From positions 1-39,136 of IMG/VR virus record IMGVR_UViG_3300009515_000007: a stretch of 39,136 nt of DNA, one strand, 5' to 3'. A model generated the notes under the pieces. The model searched no databases and had not been told where the DNA came from. It worked only from the letters and a program-made list of their open reading frames with translations. This document shows positions 31,568 through 39,136 of the stretch, piece after piece. Made by a program: the position numbers and the translations under genes. Source of the DNA: a virus. Position 1 is the first letter of the stretch. Each line of letters starts with the position of its first letter.

Positions 31568-33096
31568 TGGGTAAAATAGTCGAAACAAAAATAGATAGCT
31601 GGGGCGGGGGGATTAAAAACGACCCTCGTGATCCAAAAGAAAACACTTGTCAGGTGGTTACTAATTTTGATTTAATTACTAACCCTCGCAAATTAACACA
31701 ATATAGGGACAGTGAAAGTGGTGATTCCTCACCCACAACGAGCCAAAAACAAAACTTTTGCATAGGTTATTGGACAGCTACACCCTCTTGGAGATTGTTT
31801 TCTTTAGGTGTTAAATCTGGTGCAGGAACGGCAGAGATTTTAATGAAAGGACTAACGACTTCTTCTAGTGATCTTTCTGATAGTGGATGGTCAACACCAG
31901 CCAATAATCAGTCATCATCGGGGGCAACCAATTTTAATCTTTTTACTTATTACCACCAGACAGGCAAGATTTATGGTGCTAGGGCTAATCGATATATCTG
32001 GGAGTTTACCCCTGATGGTTCTACTGCTTGGGCGGATTCCAAATATGATTATGGCTCTACTTTCACTAATCTAACTGATGGGATAATCCACTCCAAAGAC
32101 GACATTATGTATTTCGGGATTGATAACGAAATCATTAAAAACAATAATGGGACATTTTCTAAACCACTTACACTTCCAACTCACTTGAAAATAACCTCAT
32201 TGAGTGAATATGGTAACTTCCTTGCTATTGCTTGTTCTCCCTTGTCCGGTCTAGGCAACTCTATCGTTTATTTATGGGATAGGGATTCTTCACTAACTAC
32301 TCTTTCAGAAAGCATTGATTTTGGTGAGGGAGAGTTAAAAATAATAGAACAAGTAGATGGTATTTTAATGGGTATTTCTATTTCTGGTAATTCTACTACT
32401 CGTTTTGGTGACAGAGTTATCTTTAGATACTATGCGGGCGGAGCAGAGGCAGTTCAATTTCAAGAGTTAATTTCTGATAGTTCAGGGATAACACTACTGC
32501 CGATTGCCAAACAAAAGATAGACAATCGCCTCTATTTCATGCTTTCCGCATACATAAATGGGGCACAAAGAGATGGAGTTTGGAGTGTAGGTAGAGAAGG
32601 TGGTGATTTTGCAATAGCACACGAAAGAACCCCCAACAATGACACGGCTCTTTCAAGCCCGATTCTTTACAATTTTATCTTTGTTGGAGACTACTTATTC
32701 CAGTCGTATAACTCTGGTGGTTCTTTTGCATTATCAAAAACCAATAATACTGCCAGTTACACCGCTAGCGGAATATATGAAAGTAAAAGATTTGACGCTG
32801 GTGATGCTTCCCTTAAAAAGAAACTTGTGGGGGCGACAGTTTCAACAGAATATCTACCAACAGCAGGACAGGTAATTTTAGAATATAGAACAGATCAAAA
32901 TACTGCTTGGACAACTATTTTCACAGAGGGAACAGACAACTCCATTTCACATTCGGCTATAAATATTGAAAGCACAGGAGCTTCATTACCGCAGGATTAT
33001 AAGGAGATAGAGTTCAAAATTGAAGCAACTGGCGGGGCGGAGATAACAGCTTTGTCGTTCCAAGAAGAAATAGTAGGAAAAAGATTATATGGATGA
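31567..33096 (+). CDS. Large tail protein (nozzle or baseplate position)
   Basis: 509-aa ORF with a TAATG junction to the upstream gene. Called from position only. Confidence 0.4.
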   Translation: MGKIVETKIDSWGGGIKNDPRDPKENTCQVVTNFDLITNPRKLTQYRDSESGDSSPTTSQKQNFCIGYWTATPSWRLFSLGVKSGAGTAEILMKGLTTSSSDLSDSGWSTPANNQSSSGATNFNLFTYYHQTGKIYGARANRYIWEFTPDGSTAWADSKYDYGSTFTNLTDGIIHSKDDIMYFGIDNEIIKNNNGTFSKPLTLPTHLKITSLSEYGNFLAIACSPLSGLGNSIVYLWDRDSSLTTLSESIDFGEGELKIIEQVDGILMGISISGNSTTRFGDRVIFRYYAGGAEAVQFQELISDSSGITLLPIAKQKIDNRLYFMLSAYINGAQRDGVWSVGREGGDFAIAHERTPNNDTALSSPILYNFIFVGDYLFQSYNSGGSFALSKTNNTASYTASGIYESKRFDAGDASLKKKLVGATVSTEYLPTAGQVILEYRTDQNTAWTTIFTEGTDNSISHSAINIESTGASLPQDYKEIEFKIEATGGAEITALSFQEEIVGKRLYG

Positions 33097-33406
33097 AGTA
33101 GAACAACTAAAAATGAGAGTTGCCGATTTAGAAAGGATGCTATCTTTGCTATTTCACTCTGACCGCTACACCTTTTCTAAACTAATTCAAATAATGGATG
33201 GTCGAAACATCCAAACAGGCCGGACTACCGGAACTAAGATAGGGACGGCTACGGATCAATTAGTAGGATTTTATGGTAATTCGCCGGTCAATCAACCCGA
33301 CACAGTTTCAGACCCTAGTGGTCAAACAAATGATTTAGATAGTGAGGCAAGAACGGCTATCAACTCTTTAATAGACCGCCTACAGGAACTAGGTTTAATT
33401 GCATAG
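33089..33406 (+). CDS. Hypothetical virion-module protein
   Basis: 105-aa ORF. Confidence 0.5.
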   Translation: MDEVEQLKMRVADLERMLSLLFHSDRYTFSKLIQIMDGRNIQTGRTTGTKIGTATDQLVGFYGNSPVNQPDTVSDPSGQTNDLDSEARTAINSLIDRLQELGLIA

Positions 33407-33410
33407 ACAT

Positions 33411-34859
33411 ATGCCACAGAAAAAGAAAACATTTATAACACCAAACGGGCTGGAAGTGGATGAACAAGGGAACATCCTGACTTCCGAGACCTTGAAGCCT
33501 ACGCCAACGATAGACCCGGTTCAACCGGAGCCAACTCCAATAGTAGCCCCGACTGAACCTCCTCAAATCCCTGACGCTTTCGCCCCCACACCACAAGAGA
33601 CAGAACAGAGTGAACTCATTAAAAGAGCTAGGGGAATAACAGAAGAATTAACAGGTGAGACAGCTTTCCGAAGGACACAGGAAGAAGAGTTTGGAATACA
33701 ACAAAAGAGAGAGGAATTACAGAAAATGCAGAGCCGGATTCAAGCTCTACAAGCCGAAGCCCAACAGATTCCGCTTCAACTTCAACAAGAGGCAAAAGGA
33801 CGAGGGATTACAGCAGGAGGATTAAGGCCACTAGAAACAGCCCGGCTTCGTACTAATACTATTGCTCAATTAGGAGCCAACGCCGCCTTCCAAGCCGCCG
33901 CCGGTAATCTGGCCCTAGCCCAAGACTTCGTAGATCGTGCCGTAGAAGCCGAGTTTGGGACTAGAAAGGCTGAATTAGATGCCATCTTACAAAACATTGA
34001 ACTTATAAAAGCTGATCCGGCTACTACACTGGCGGAGCAGAAGAGGGCGACTGAAACCGAGAGAAGGCTACAACAAGAACAGGCAGACATTGAAGCGGCA
34101 TCAGCCACCAAAAAAGCAATAGGTCGGATTATGACCGAGGTTGCTGGTCTGGTAGATGACGAAACACTAGTAGCAATACAAAATGCTGTTTCCGAGGAAC
34201 ACGCCTTACGTCTAGCCGCCCCTGCTCTTGGTTTAGCAAAACAGGCAGATATTGAGAGTAAATTAAACAAAAACAGGATAGACAAACTAAATGCTGAACT
34301 ATTAGAAGCAACCAATCCATTAAAGAAAGAAAAGTTAAGGGCGGAAATAAACGAAATATATGCAGATGCGGCTGAGAGAGTACAGGAAGGTGAAGCTGGA
34401 ACTACTGATCCTCAAAAATCCCTCGATCAACTTACTTTCCTACGAGACACAGTAGCTAGTGCGAAAAGTTTAGCAAAGGCATCAGGAAAAGCAGTAGTTA
34501 CTAAGTTTTTGGGTGATGTCCTTATTGGTGACACTCGGTTTAGAAGGCTCGAATCGTTTACTAACACGCTTCGGACTAATGTTTTGACACTTATGACTGA
34601 TCCATCCGTTAAAAAGTTCTTTGGCCCACAAATGTCGGAAGCAGACGTTAGGCTGATGACCGCCGCCGGAACGACACTTAACCCAGAACTTCAAAGCCCG
34701 GCTGATATGGAGGCAGAATTAACACGACTTGACGATCTTTTCCAAAGAATGCAAGAGGCGATACCGACAGAAGGAGAGAACCCTTTTGCTGATGTTATAA
34801 ACCAAACCGGAGGTCAATTTTATAGTGCCGATCAAGGCTACTTAATCCCACAACAATAA
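33411..34859 (+). CDS. Internal virion or ejection protein candidate (A/Q/E-rich coiled coil)
   Basis: I preferred the ATG at 33411 over the TTG at 33399. Large helical protein in the podovirus internal-protein position. Confidence 0.45.
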   Translation: MPQKKKTFITPNGLEVDEQGNILTSETLKPTPTIDPVQPEPTPIVAPTEPPQIPDAFAPTPQETEQSELIKRARGITEELTGETAFRRTQEEEFGIQQKREELQKMQSRIQALQAEAQQIPLQLQQEAKGRGITAGGLRPLETARLRTNTIAQLGANAAFQAAAGNLALAQDFVDRAVEAEFGTRKAELDAILQNIELIKADPATTLAEQKRATETERRLQQEQADIEAASATKKAIGRIMTEVAGLVDDETLVAIQNAVSEEHALRLAAPALGLAKQADIESKLNKNRIDKLNAELLEATNPLKKEKLRAEINEIYADAAERVQEGEAGTTDPQKSLDQLTFLRDTVASAKSLAKASGKAVVTKFLGDVLIGDTRFRRLESFTNTLRTNVLTLMTDPSVKKFFGPQMSEADVRLMTAAGTTLNPELQSPADMEAELTRLDDLFQRMQEAIPTEGENPFADVINQTGGQFYSADQGYLIPQQ

Positions 34860-34860
34860 T

Positions 34861-36408
34861 ATGGCAAATCTAAGACAAGCATTACAATACGCAAGCAAAA
34901 ACCCAGACAGTGCCTTTGCTAAAGCTCTTTCGCAAAGAATAGTAAATGGCCAAGCTGATGCGGAAGCAGAATCTTTAGGTTTAGATTTAACACCGATAAA
35001 AACCAAATTTTCAGGGACACAAAGAATAGAACAATTGCGTGGCGAGGCCGAAATAGCAGAAGTAGAAGCTGAACAGGCTGGTAGTTTTGTTGGTAAGGCA
35101 AAAACATTTGGAAAGGAGTTTGTTGGTAGGCTAGGAAGATTAACTGGCATAACACCAACGGCAGAGAAAATATCAGCCGGTATTGCTCCTTTCATTGTAC
35201 CGGATGAAGAACTGCCAACTGTCGTAGAGGAATTAGCTGGTGGAGTGGAAACACCGCAACCGGGAAAAGCTAAAGAGTTTACCGAAACAGCCCTTGATCT
35301 TCCTCTTATCAGCTTGGGATTAAGTAAAAACATCTCTCGTGCTTTTTCTAAGCAAGTTTCGAGAATGACCCCGAAGATGTTTTCTAGTTTTGTTGATAAG
35401 CCTCTCTTGGAGTTTCTGCCTCAATCCGTAAGGGATGCACTGAAGGTTGATGTTTCTACTCCCGTAAAAGAAGCCAGTCAAGAGCTTAAGAAAAAGAGGG
35501 GGCTGGCAAGGATAGAACAGACAACTAAAGAGACAGAAGAAGCGGTGGGTCAGATTTTACAAGGTAAACCAGATGATATTGCTAGGGGTAAACGAGCTTT
35601 GAGTTTAGTTGATACAAAAGACGTTAAGACATACAAAGAATTGAACCAACGGATTACAGAGAAGATAGACACCATAAAGGGGACACTGGATAATTTCTTA
35701 GATCAACAGACTGGTATTTTCAAGAAAAATGATTTAACAACCACTACTAAGGTAGGAGAGACAACAGTAAGACAAAACTATGTTACTGATGCTATTAAAC
35801 AACTCAAAGAGTTATACACAAAAATCAAAGACCCGCAAAGTTTGGCTAAGATAACCAATTTAGAGAAAAAATTAGCACAAGAAGGATTGACTGTAAAAGA
35901 ATTGAATAATCTTGCCCGTGAATATGGTTCGGAATTTGGACGAAAGGCATTTTCTAAATTAGGTGATCCTCTAACGAGTATAAATGCACAGGCATTTGAA
36001 AATACACGAAAAGGGATTAAAACAACGGCAAGGGGTAAGATCGAAGGTAATGTACCACAAGAATTAGACAAACAAATGAGTGATCTTCTTAACACTCGTA
36101 TTTTAACTGACAAGATGGAGACTAAGGTTAATGCTTTATGGCAGAGAGTTCAAAAACGAGGAGTTATGGAAGAAATTGCTCGCAAGGTAGCTGACGTTGT
36201 AAATATCGCAACCCTCAGAACATTCTCTGGCTTCCTTGGCCGTATGCTTCCTTCTAATGTCGGACTGAAAACTATGAACTCTATTGATATAGAGAATCTT
36301 CTATCCAAGAATCTAAAAAAGATAGACGAGTTACTAAAACTCGAAAATGACCAAGCTCTTATCGAGGGGATCGAGAAAATAATCAGATCAAGTCAATTAG
36401 AGGCATGA
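34861..36408 (+). CDS. Internal virion or ejection protein candidate
   Basis: 515-aa ORF starting 1 nt after the previous stop. Confidence 0.45.
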   Translation: MANLRQALQYASKNPDSAFAKALSQRIVNGQADAEAESLGLDLTPIKTKFSGTQRIEQLRGEAEIAEVEAEQAGSFVGKAKTFGKEFVGRLGRLTGITPTAEKISAGIAPFIVPDEELPTVVEELAGGVETPQPGKAKEFTETALDLPLISLGLSKNISRAFSKQVSRMTPKMFSSFVDKPLLEFLPQSVRDALKVDVSTPVKEASQELKKKRGLARIEQTTKETEEAVGQILQGKPDDIARGKRALSLVDTKDVKTYKELNQRITEKIDTIKGTLDNFLDQQTGIFKKNDLTTTTKVGETTVRQNYVTDAIKQLKELYTKIKDPQSLAKITNLEKKLAQEGLTVKELNNLAREYGSEFGRKAFSKLGDPLTSINAQAFENTRKGIKTTARGKIEGNVPQELDKQMSDLLNTRILTDKMETKVNALWQRVQKRGVMEEIARKVADVVNIATLRTFSGFLGRMLPSNVGLKTMNSIDIENLLSKNLKKIDELLKLENDQALIEGIEKIIRSSQLEA

Positions 36409-36492
36409 GTGAAAGTAAATATCATCAAGCCCAAGATCAACAAAACTAAGATAATCATCTGTCCGAAATGACGTTAAACTAATAGGTCTTTG

Positions 36493-36999
36493 TTAATCAA
36501 TAGGAGGATATAAGGCAAGCTCCAACGAGAGATAATGTCTTTCGTTATTCAGTTGGTTATATCTTCTGCTGTGATCTTCTAGGTACCGCTTTTGTAGTTC
36601 TTCATCATAAGCCGTTCTGCCAGTACCGAGAGCTGTGAAATCCGCAATTTTACCTGCTTTTTCCTGGTCAAGCTCGTATATCTGCTCGTTTATAACCTCG
36701 ATTTGCCCTATAAGTTCATCCCTCTTTGCTTGTCTGTTTATTTCTTCTTCAGTAAGTTCCGGCTCGACAATACCGGCCAACTGAACTTGTTGAACTTCAA
36801 TCTGTGTCTGTTGACTTGCTTGAACAGCTTGCAAAACCGCAATCTGCTCCTGTAATTGAGCAATTAACCCAATCAGTAGTTCTTGTAACTGTTGGATCAA
36901 GGCTTCCCGTTGTGCCTGGATTTCCGCTACATCTGCCCTTATTTGAACAGGAGATAACAGAATCACTAAGGCGAGAGATAAAATAATAGCTTTCTTCAT
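36493..36999 (-). CDS. Secreted Gln-rich coiled-coil protein (moron)
   Basis: Signal peptide MKKAIILSLALVILLSPVQIRA. It is the only reverse-strand gene inside the structural module. Confidence 0.6.
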   Translation of the reverse strand: MKKAIILSLALVILLSPVQIRADVAEIQAQREALIQQLQELLIGLIAQLQEQIAVLQAVQASQQTQIEVQQVQLAGIVEPELTEEEINRQAKRDELIGQIEVINEQIYELDQEKAGKIADFTALGTGRTAYDEELQKRYLEDHSRRYNQLNNERHYLSLELALYPPID

Positions 37000-37054
37000 A
37001 GATTATAAATTAGTCAATAATTCCACCCTCAAACTTACCACAACCAAATATAAA

Positions 37055-37726
37055 ATGCCACAAGAACCAACAATTGAACAAGAGATAACAGAAGTCGTCA
37101 AGGAGGCGGTAGAAAATACGCCTGTAAATATAGATTTCCCAGAAGTGCAGAAGGTGGAAGTTATCAACCAAGAAAAAGCGGAAAAACCTGATTTCTCCAC
37201 TCTTGAAGCTCACCTTAAAGGGATACTAGTCGAGGCCAAAAAGACACCAGACAAGGTAGATTTGTCCGGCTTAGAGGAGCTAGTAGAGAACCTATTATCC
37301 ACCACCAACAAAGTTGCCACCGAATTAAAGAAAGAAAAGAAAGAAATTGATTACAGTGCAATCCTTAATGACATAAACAAGAACATTCCAACTGGGTTTG
37401 ACTTTGAAAGATTAGAAAGTGCCATAGCCAAGATACCAAGAGGGGGTCGGGGTGGGGGTGCAATAGGGCCGAGTAAGTATGTCCTGAAGCGAGCCAGTGA
37501 CGGGGTGGCAATAGACCCAGCCACAAGTAACGACACCATGAAAGCCCTAGATACCGATGGCGACTCCAAAGAGCTTGAACTGACGGGGGTACAAAATGAT
37601 CAACTCAAAGTAATGACAGATATGGGTCACTTATTAAGAGAAATATTGGTCGAACTTAAAATTAACAACAAACACCTCTCATTATTAACAGAAGTCGAAT
37701 GGGAGGAACATAACATAGAAGAATAA
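37055..37726 (+). CDS. Hypothetical virion-module protein
   Basis: 223-aa ORF with a GGRGGG stretch and a TAATG junction to the next gene. Confidence 0.55.
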   Translation: MPQEPTIEQEITEVVKEAVENTPVNIDFPEVQKVEVINQEKAEKPDFSTLEAHLKGILVEAKKTPDKVDLSGLEELVENLLSTTNKVATELKKEKKEIDYSAILNDINKNIPTGFDFERLESAIAKIPRGGRGGGAIGPSKYVLKRASDGVAIDPATSNDTMKALDTDGDSKELELTGVQNDQLKVMTDMGHLLREILVELKINNKHLSLLTEVEWEEHNIEE

Positions 37727-38307
37727 TGGCAAAAATAGAAGACGGAAAAGGTAGAGGGTATATAGCAGAGGTTAATGCAGACAATAAGCTGGTGACAAAG
37801 TCTCTAAATATCCCTCATCTTCACAAACAATCCCTAGATGATGAAGATGCTTATATGATTCATATGCACTTTGCTCAAGATACAGGTAGTGCTTGGGAAG
37901 GGTGTGGATATATAACTTATACAGGGGACAAGAAATTGGTTGTTTCAAAAGCTATTGCTTGTAATGAGGGAGTAGCAACGGATGACTATTACGGTTTTGC
38001 GTTCTACTTCAATCCGACAGGATTAGCAAATGGAACAGACTTTGCGCCCCTGAATATGAACAGGACATCAAACAGAACACTCTCGGCAACGGTTAAGCAC
38101 GACAACGACGACACAAGCACACCGATAACAACATCTGATGATGGAGACCACTCTCTTTGTTTCAGGTTGAGACCATCATCCACCACCAACATTGACTATC
38201 AAGACGCGATTGTCTTGGGGCAGAATGACACATTTTATGTCAAGGCACACGCAAAAACTGCAGGAGAAAAAATGAGAATAACATTCTTTGTTTTTGAGGT
38301 TGATTAA
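37726..38307 (+). CDS. Tandem paralog family member 1 (beta-rich virion-module protein)
   Basis: Shares G.G.G..A.VN..N.L..KS at the N-terminus and D.Q.A..LGQND near the C-terminus with member 2. Confidence 0.6.
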   Translation: MAKIEDGKGRGYIAEVNADNKLVTKSLNIPHLHKQSLDDEDAYMIHMHFAQDTGSAWEGCGYITYTGDKKLVVSKAIACNEGVATDDYYGFAFYFNPTGLANGTDFAPLNMNRTSNRTLSATVKHDNDDTSTPITTSDDGDHSLCFRLRPSSTTNIDYQDAIVLGQNDTFYVKAHAKTAGEKMRITFFVFEVD

Positions 38308-38325
38308 TAATTAATATAAAAATAT

Positions 38326-38868
38326 ATGGGGCTACAAATAGAGTCTGGAACAGGTAACGGTAAGATGGCTCAAGTAAATGAGGAGAATATGCTTAATGTT
38401 AAATCTGTTACAGAACCGCTTATCGCACACACATCACACGATGCTGGGAAAGCATATTTTGCTCACTCAAGCTACACAACCACTGATGTTACACAGCGAG
38501 TTTTGTCTATTAAAAACACATCTGCTGATAAAAATCTATATATTGACAAGATATATTTGGCAACAGACACAACTTGCAAATGGATAGTTGAGAAAGTAAC
38601 AGCGGGAACAGGGGCAGGAACAGATGTAACGCCTGTGAACTTGAACTTCACTTCTGGTAACACAGCGGATGGAACATTCAAGGGGAACGCAGAGGTAACT
38701 GGTATTACAGGGGCTACTCACTTGGGACACTGGAACTTGCTCGCAGACACTTCAGATGAAATTGATTTTCAAGGAGCACTAATTCTTGGACAGAACGATG
38801 AAATAGCGATTAAAATCGCAGAAACCACTGTGGCGGTAGGGGCAACAATATTCTTCCACTATACATAA
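38326..38868 (+). CDS. Tandem paralog family member 2
   Basis: Colinear similarity to member 1. Confidence 0.6.
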   Translation: MGLQIESGTGNGKMAQVNEENMLNVKSVTEPLIAHTSHDAGKAYFAHSSYTTTDVTQRVLSIKNTSADKNLYIDKIYLATDTTCKWIVEKVTAGTGAGTDVTPVNLNFTSGNTADGTFKGNAEVTGITGATHLGHWNLLADTSDEIDFQGALILGQNDEIAIKIAETTVAVGATIFFHYT

Positions 38869-38870
38869 TA

Positions 38871-39136
38871 ATGATTAAAGCACAGATAGTAACAAAAGAT
38901 AACGAAGGACTGGCTTTTAAGAAAGTTCCCGGCAATGACAGAGAGGTCTTAATCGTAGAAAGACTTGGCTCTGTTGTGGGTTCTTTTAAGTCAGTCAATC
39001 GTAGTAGTGCAGGGACTTCAACAATTACCGCACCAGTAGGAGACAATGCGATTATTCTCACCGACCTCATCTGGGCTACCGACAAGGTGAATGGAGCAAC
39101 CATAACTATCCAATGGAATGATGACACACGACAAGT
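38871..39136 (+). CDS. 5' part of tandem paralog family member 3 (continues at 1-275 across the circular junction)
   Basis: ATG 2 nt after the previous stop. Open to the window end. Confidence 0.55.
   Translation, partial: MIKAQIVTKDNEGLAFKKVPGNDREVLIVERLGSVVGSFKSVNRSSAGTSTITAPVGDNAIILTDLIWATDKVNGATITIQWNDDTRQ
39058..39136. repeat. Terminal direct repeat copy 2 (identical to 1-79)
   Basis: Direct comparison of the window ends. Confidence 0.95.

Noticed and set aside
723-36113. Antisense ORFs inside large plus-strand genes (723-920, 829-1080, 2712-2936, 9170-9394, 9629-9922, 14106-14480, 14901-15314, 24601-24984, 33866-34315, 34842-35333, 35778-36113 and others)
   Set aside because: They are fully embedded opposite well-supported genes and have low-complexity or Ser/Leu-rich products with no start context. 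These are typical shadow ORFs.

Overview
The first 79 nt are identical to the last 79 nt and an ORF runs in frame across the junction. The window is therefore one complete, circularly closed or terminally redundant genome of about 39,057 unique bp. It is an A+T-rich tailed dsDNA phage with a podovirus-like layout: no sheath, tube or tape-measure gene was recognised. Almost all genes are on the + strand. Modules in order: (1) virion and fibre genes from 37055, wrapping through the junction to 3975. (2) A lysis cassette at 4413-7398 with a papain-like peptidase, an M23 endolysin with a PG-binding domain, a holin and an SLT+CHAP enzyme, followed by a decayed HNH gene. (3) A GC-rich hairpin and terminator cluster at 7968-8221. 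(4) An early region at 8286-16308 driven by sigma70-like promoters. It holds an RHH regulator, a YqaJ exonuclease, a VRR-NUC nuclease, a DUF1376 initiator next to an iteron and DnaA-box origin, many small zinc-ribbon or TM ORFs, a (Cys-X-X)33 repeat protein and a RyR-domain protein. (5) A reverse-strand accessory island at 16479-17606 with an alpha/beta-hydrolase-like gene, a decayed MT-A70 methyltransferase and a G+C-rich DUF397 gene, abutting a G+C-rich structured segment at 17690-18050. (6) ParB-methyltransferase, TerS, TerL, a sulfotransferase-like gene, portal, two membrane-anchored proteins, scaffold, major capsid, two tandem glycosyltransferases, tail and internal virion proteins, and one reverse-strand secreted coiled-coil moron. 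No integrase, DNA or RNA polymerase, tRNA, rRNA or CRISPR array was recognised. All functional calls come from motif recognition by eye on the supplied translations and on my own hand translations; no database search or folding program was run. Main second-look items: the perfect Cys-X-X repeat gene; the foreign DUF397 island with an adjacent pseudoknotted RNA or zinc-ribbon locus; the sulfotransferase plus glycosyltransferase genes around the capsid genes; several long GC-rich structured intergenic elements; a recurrent junction motif; and the origin architecture.
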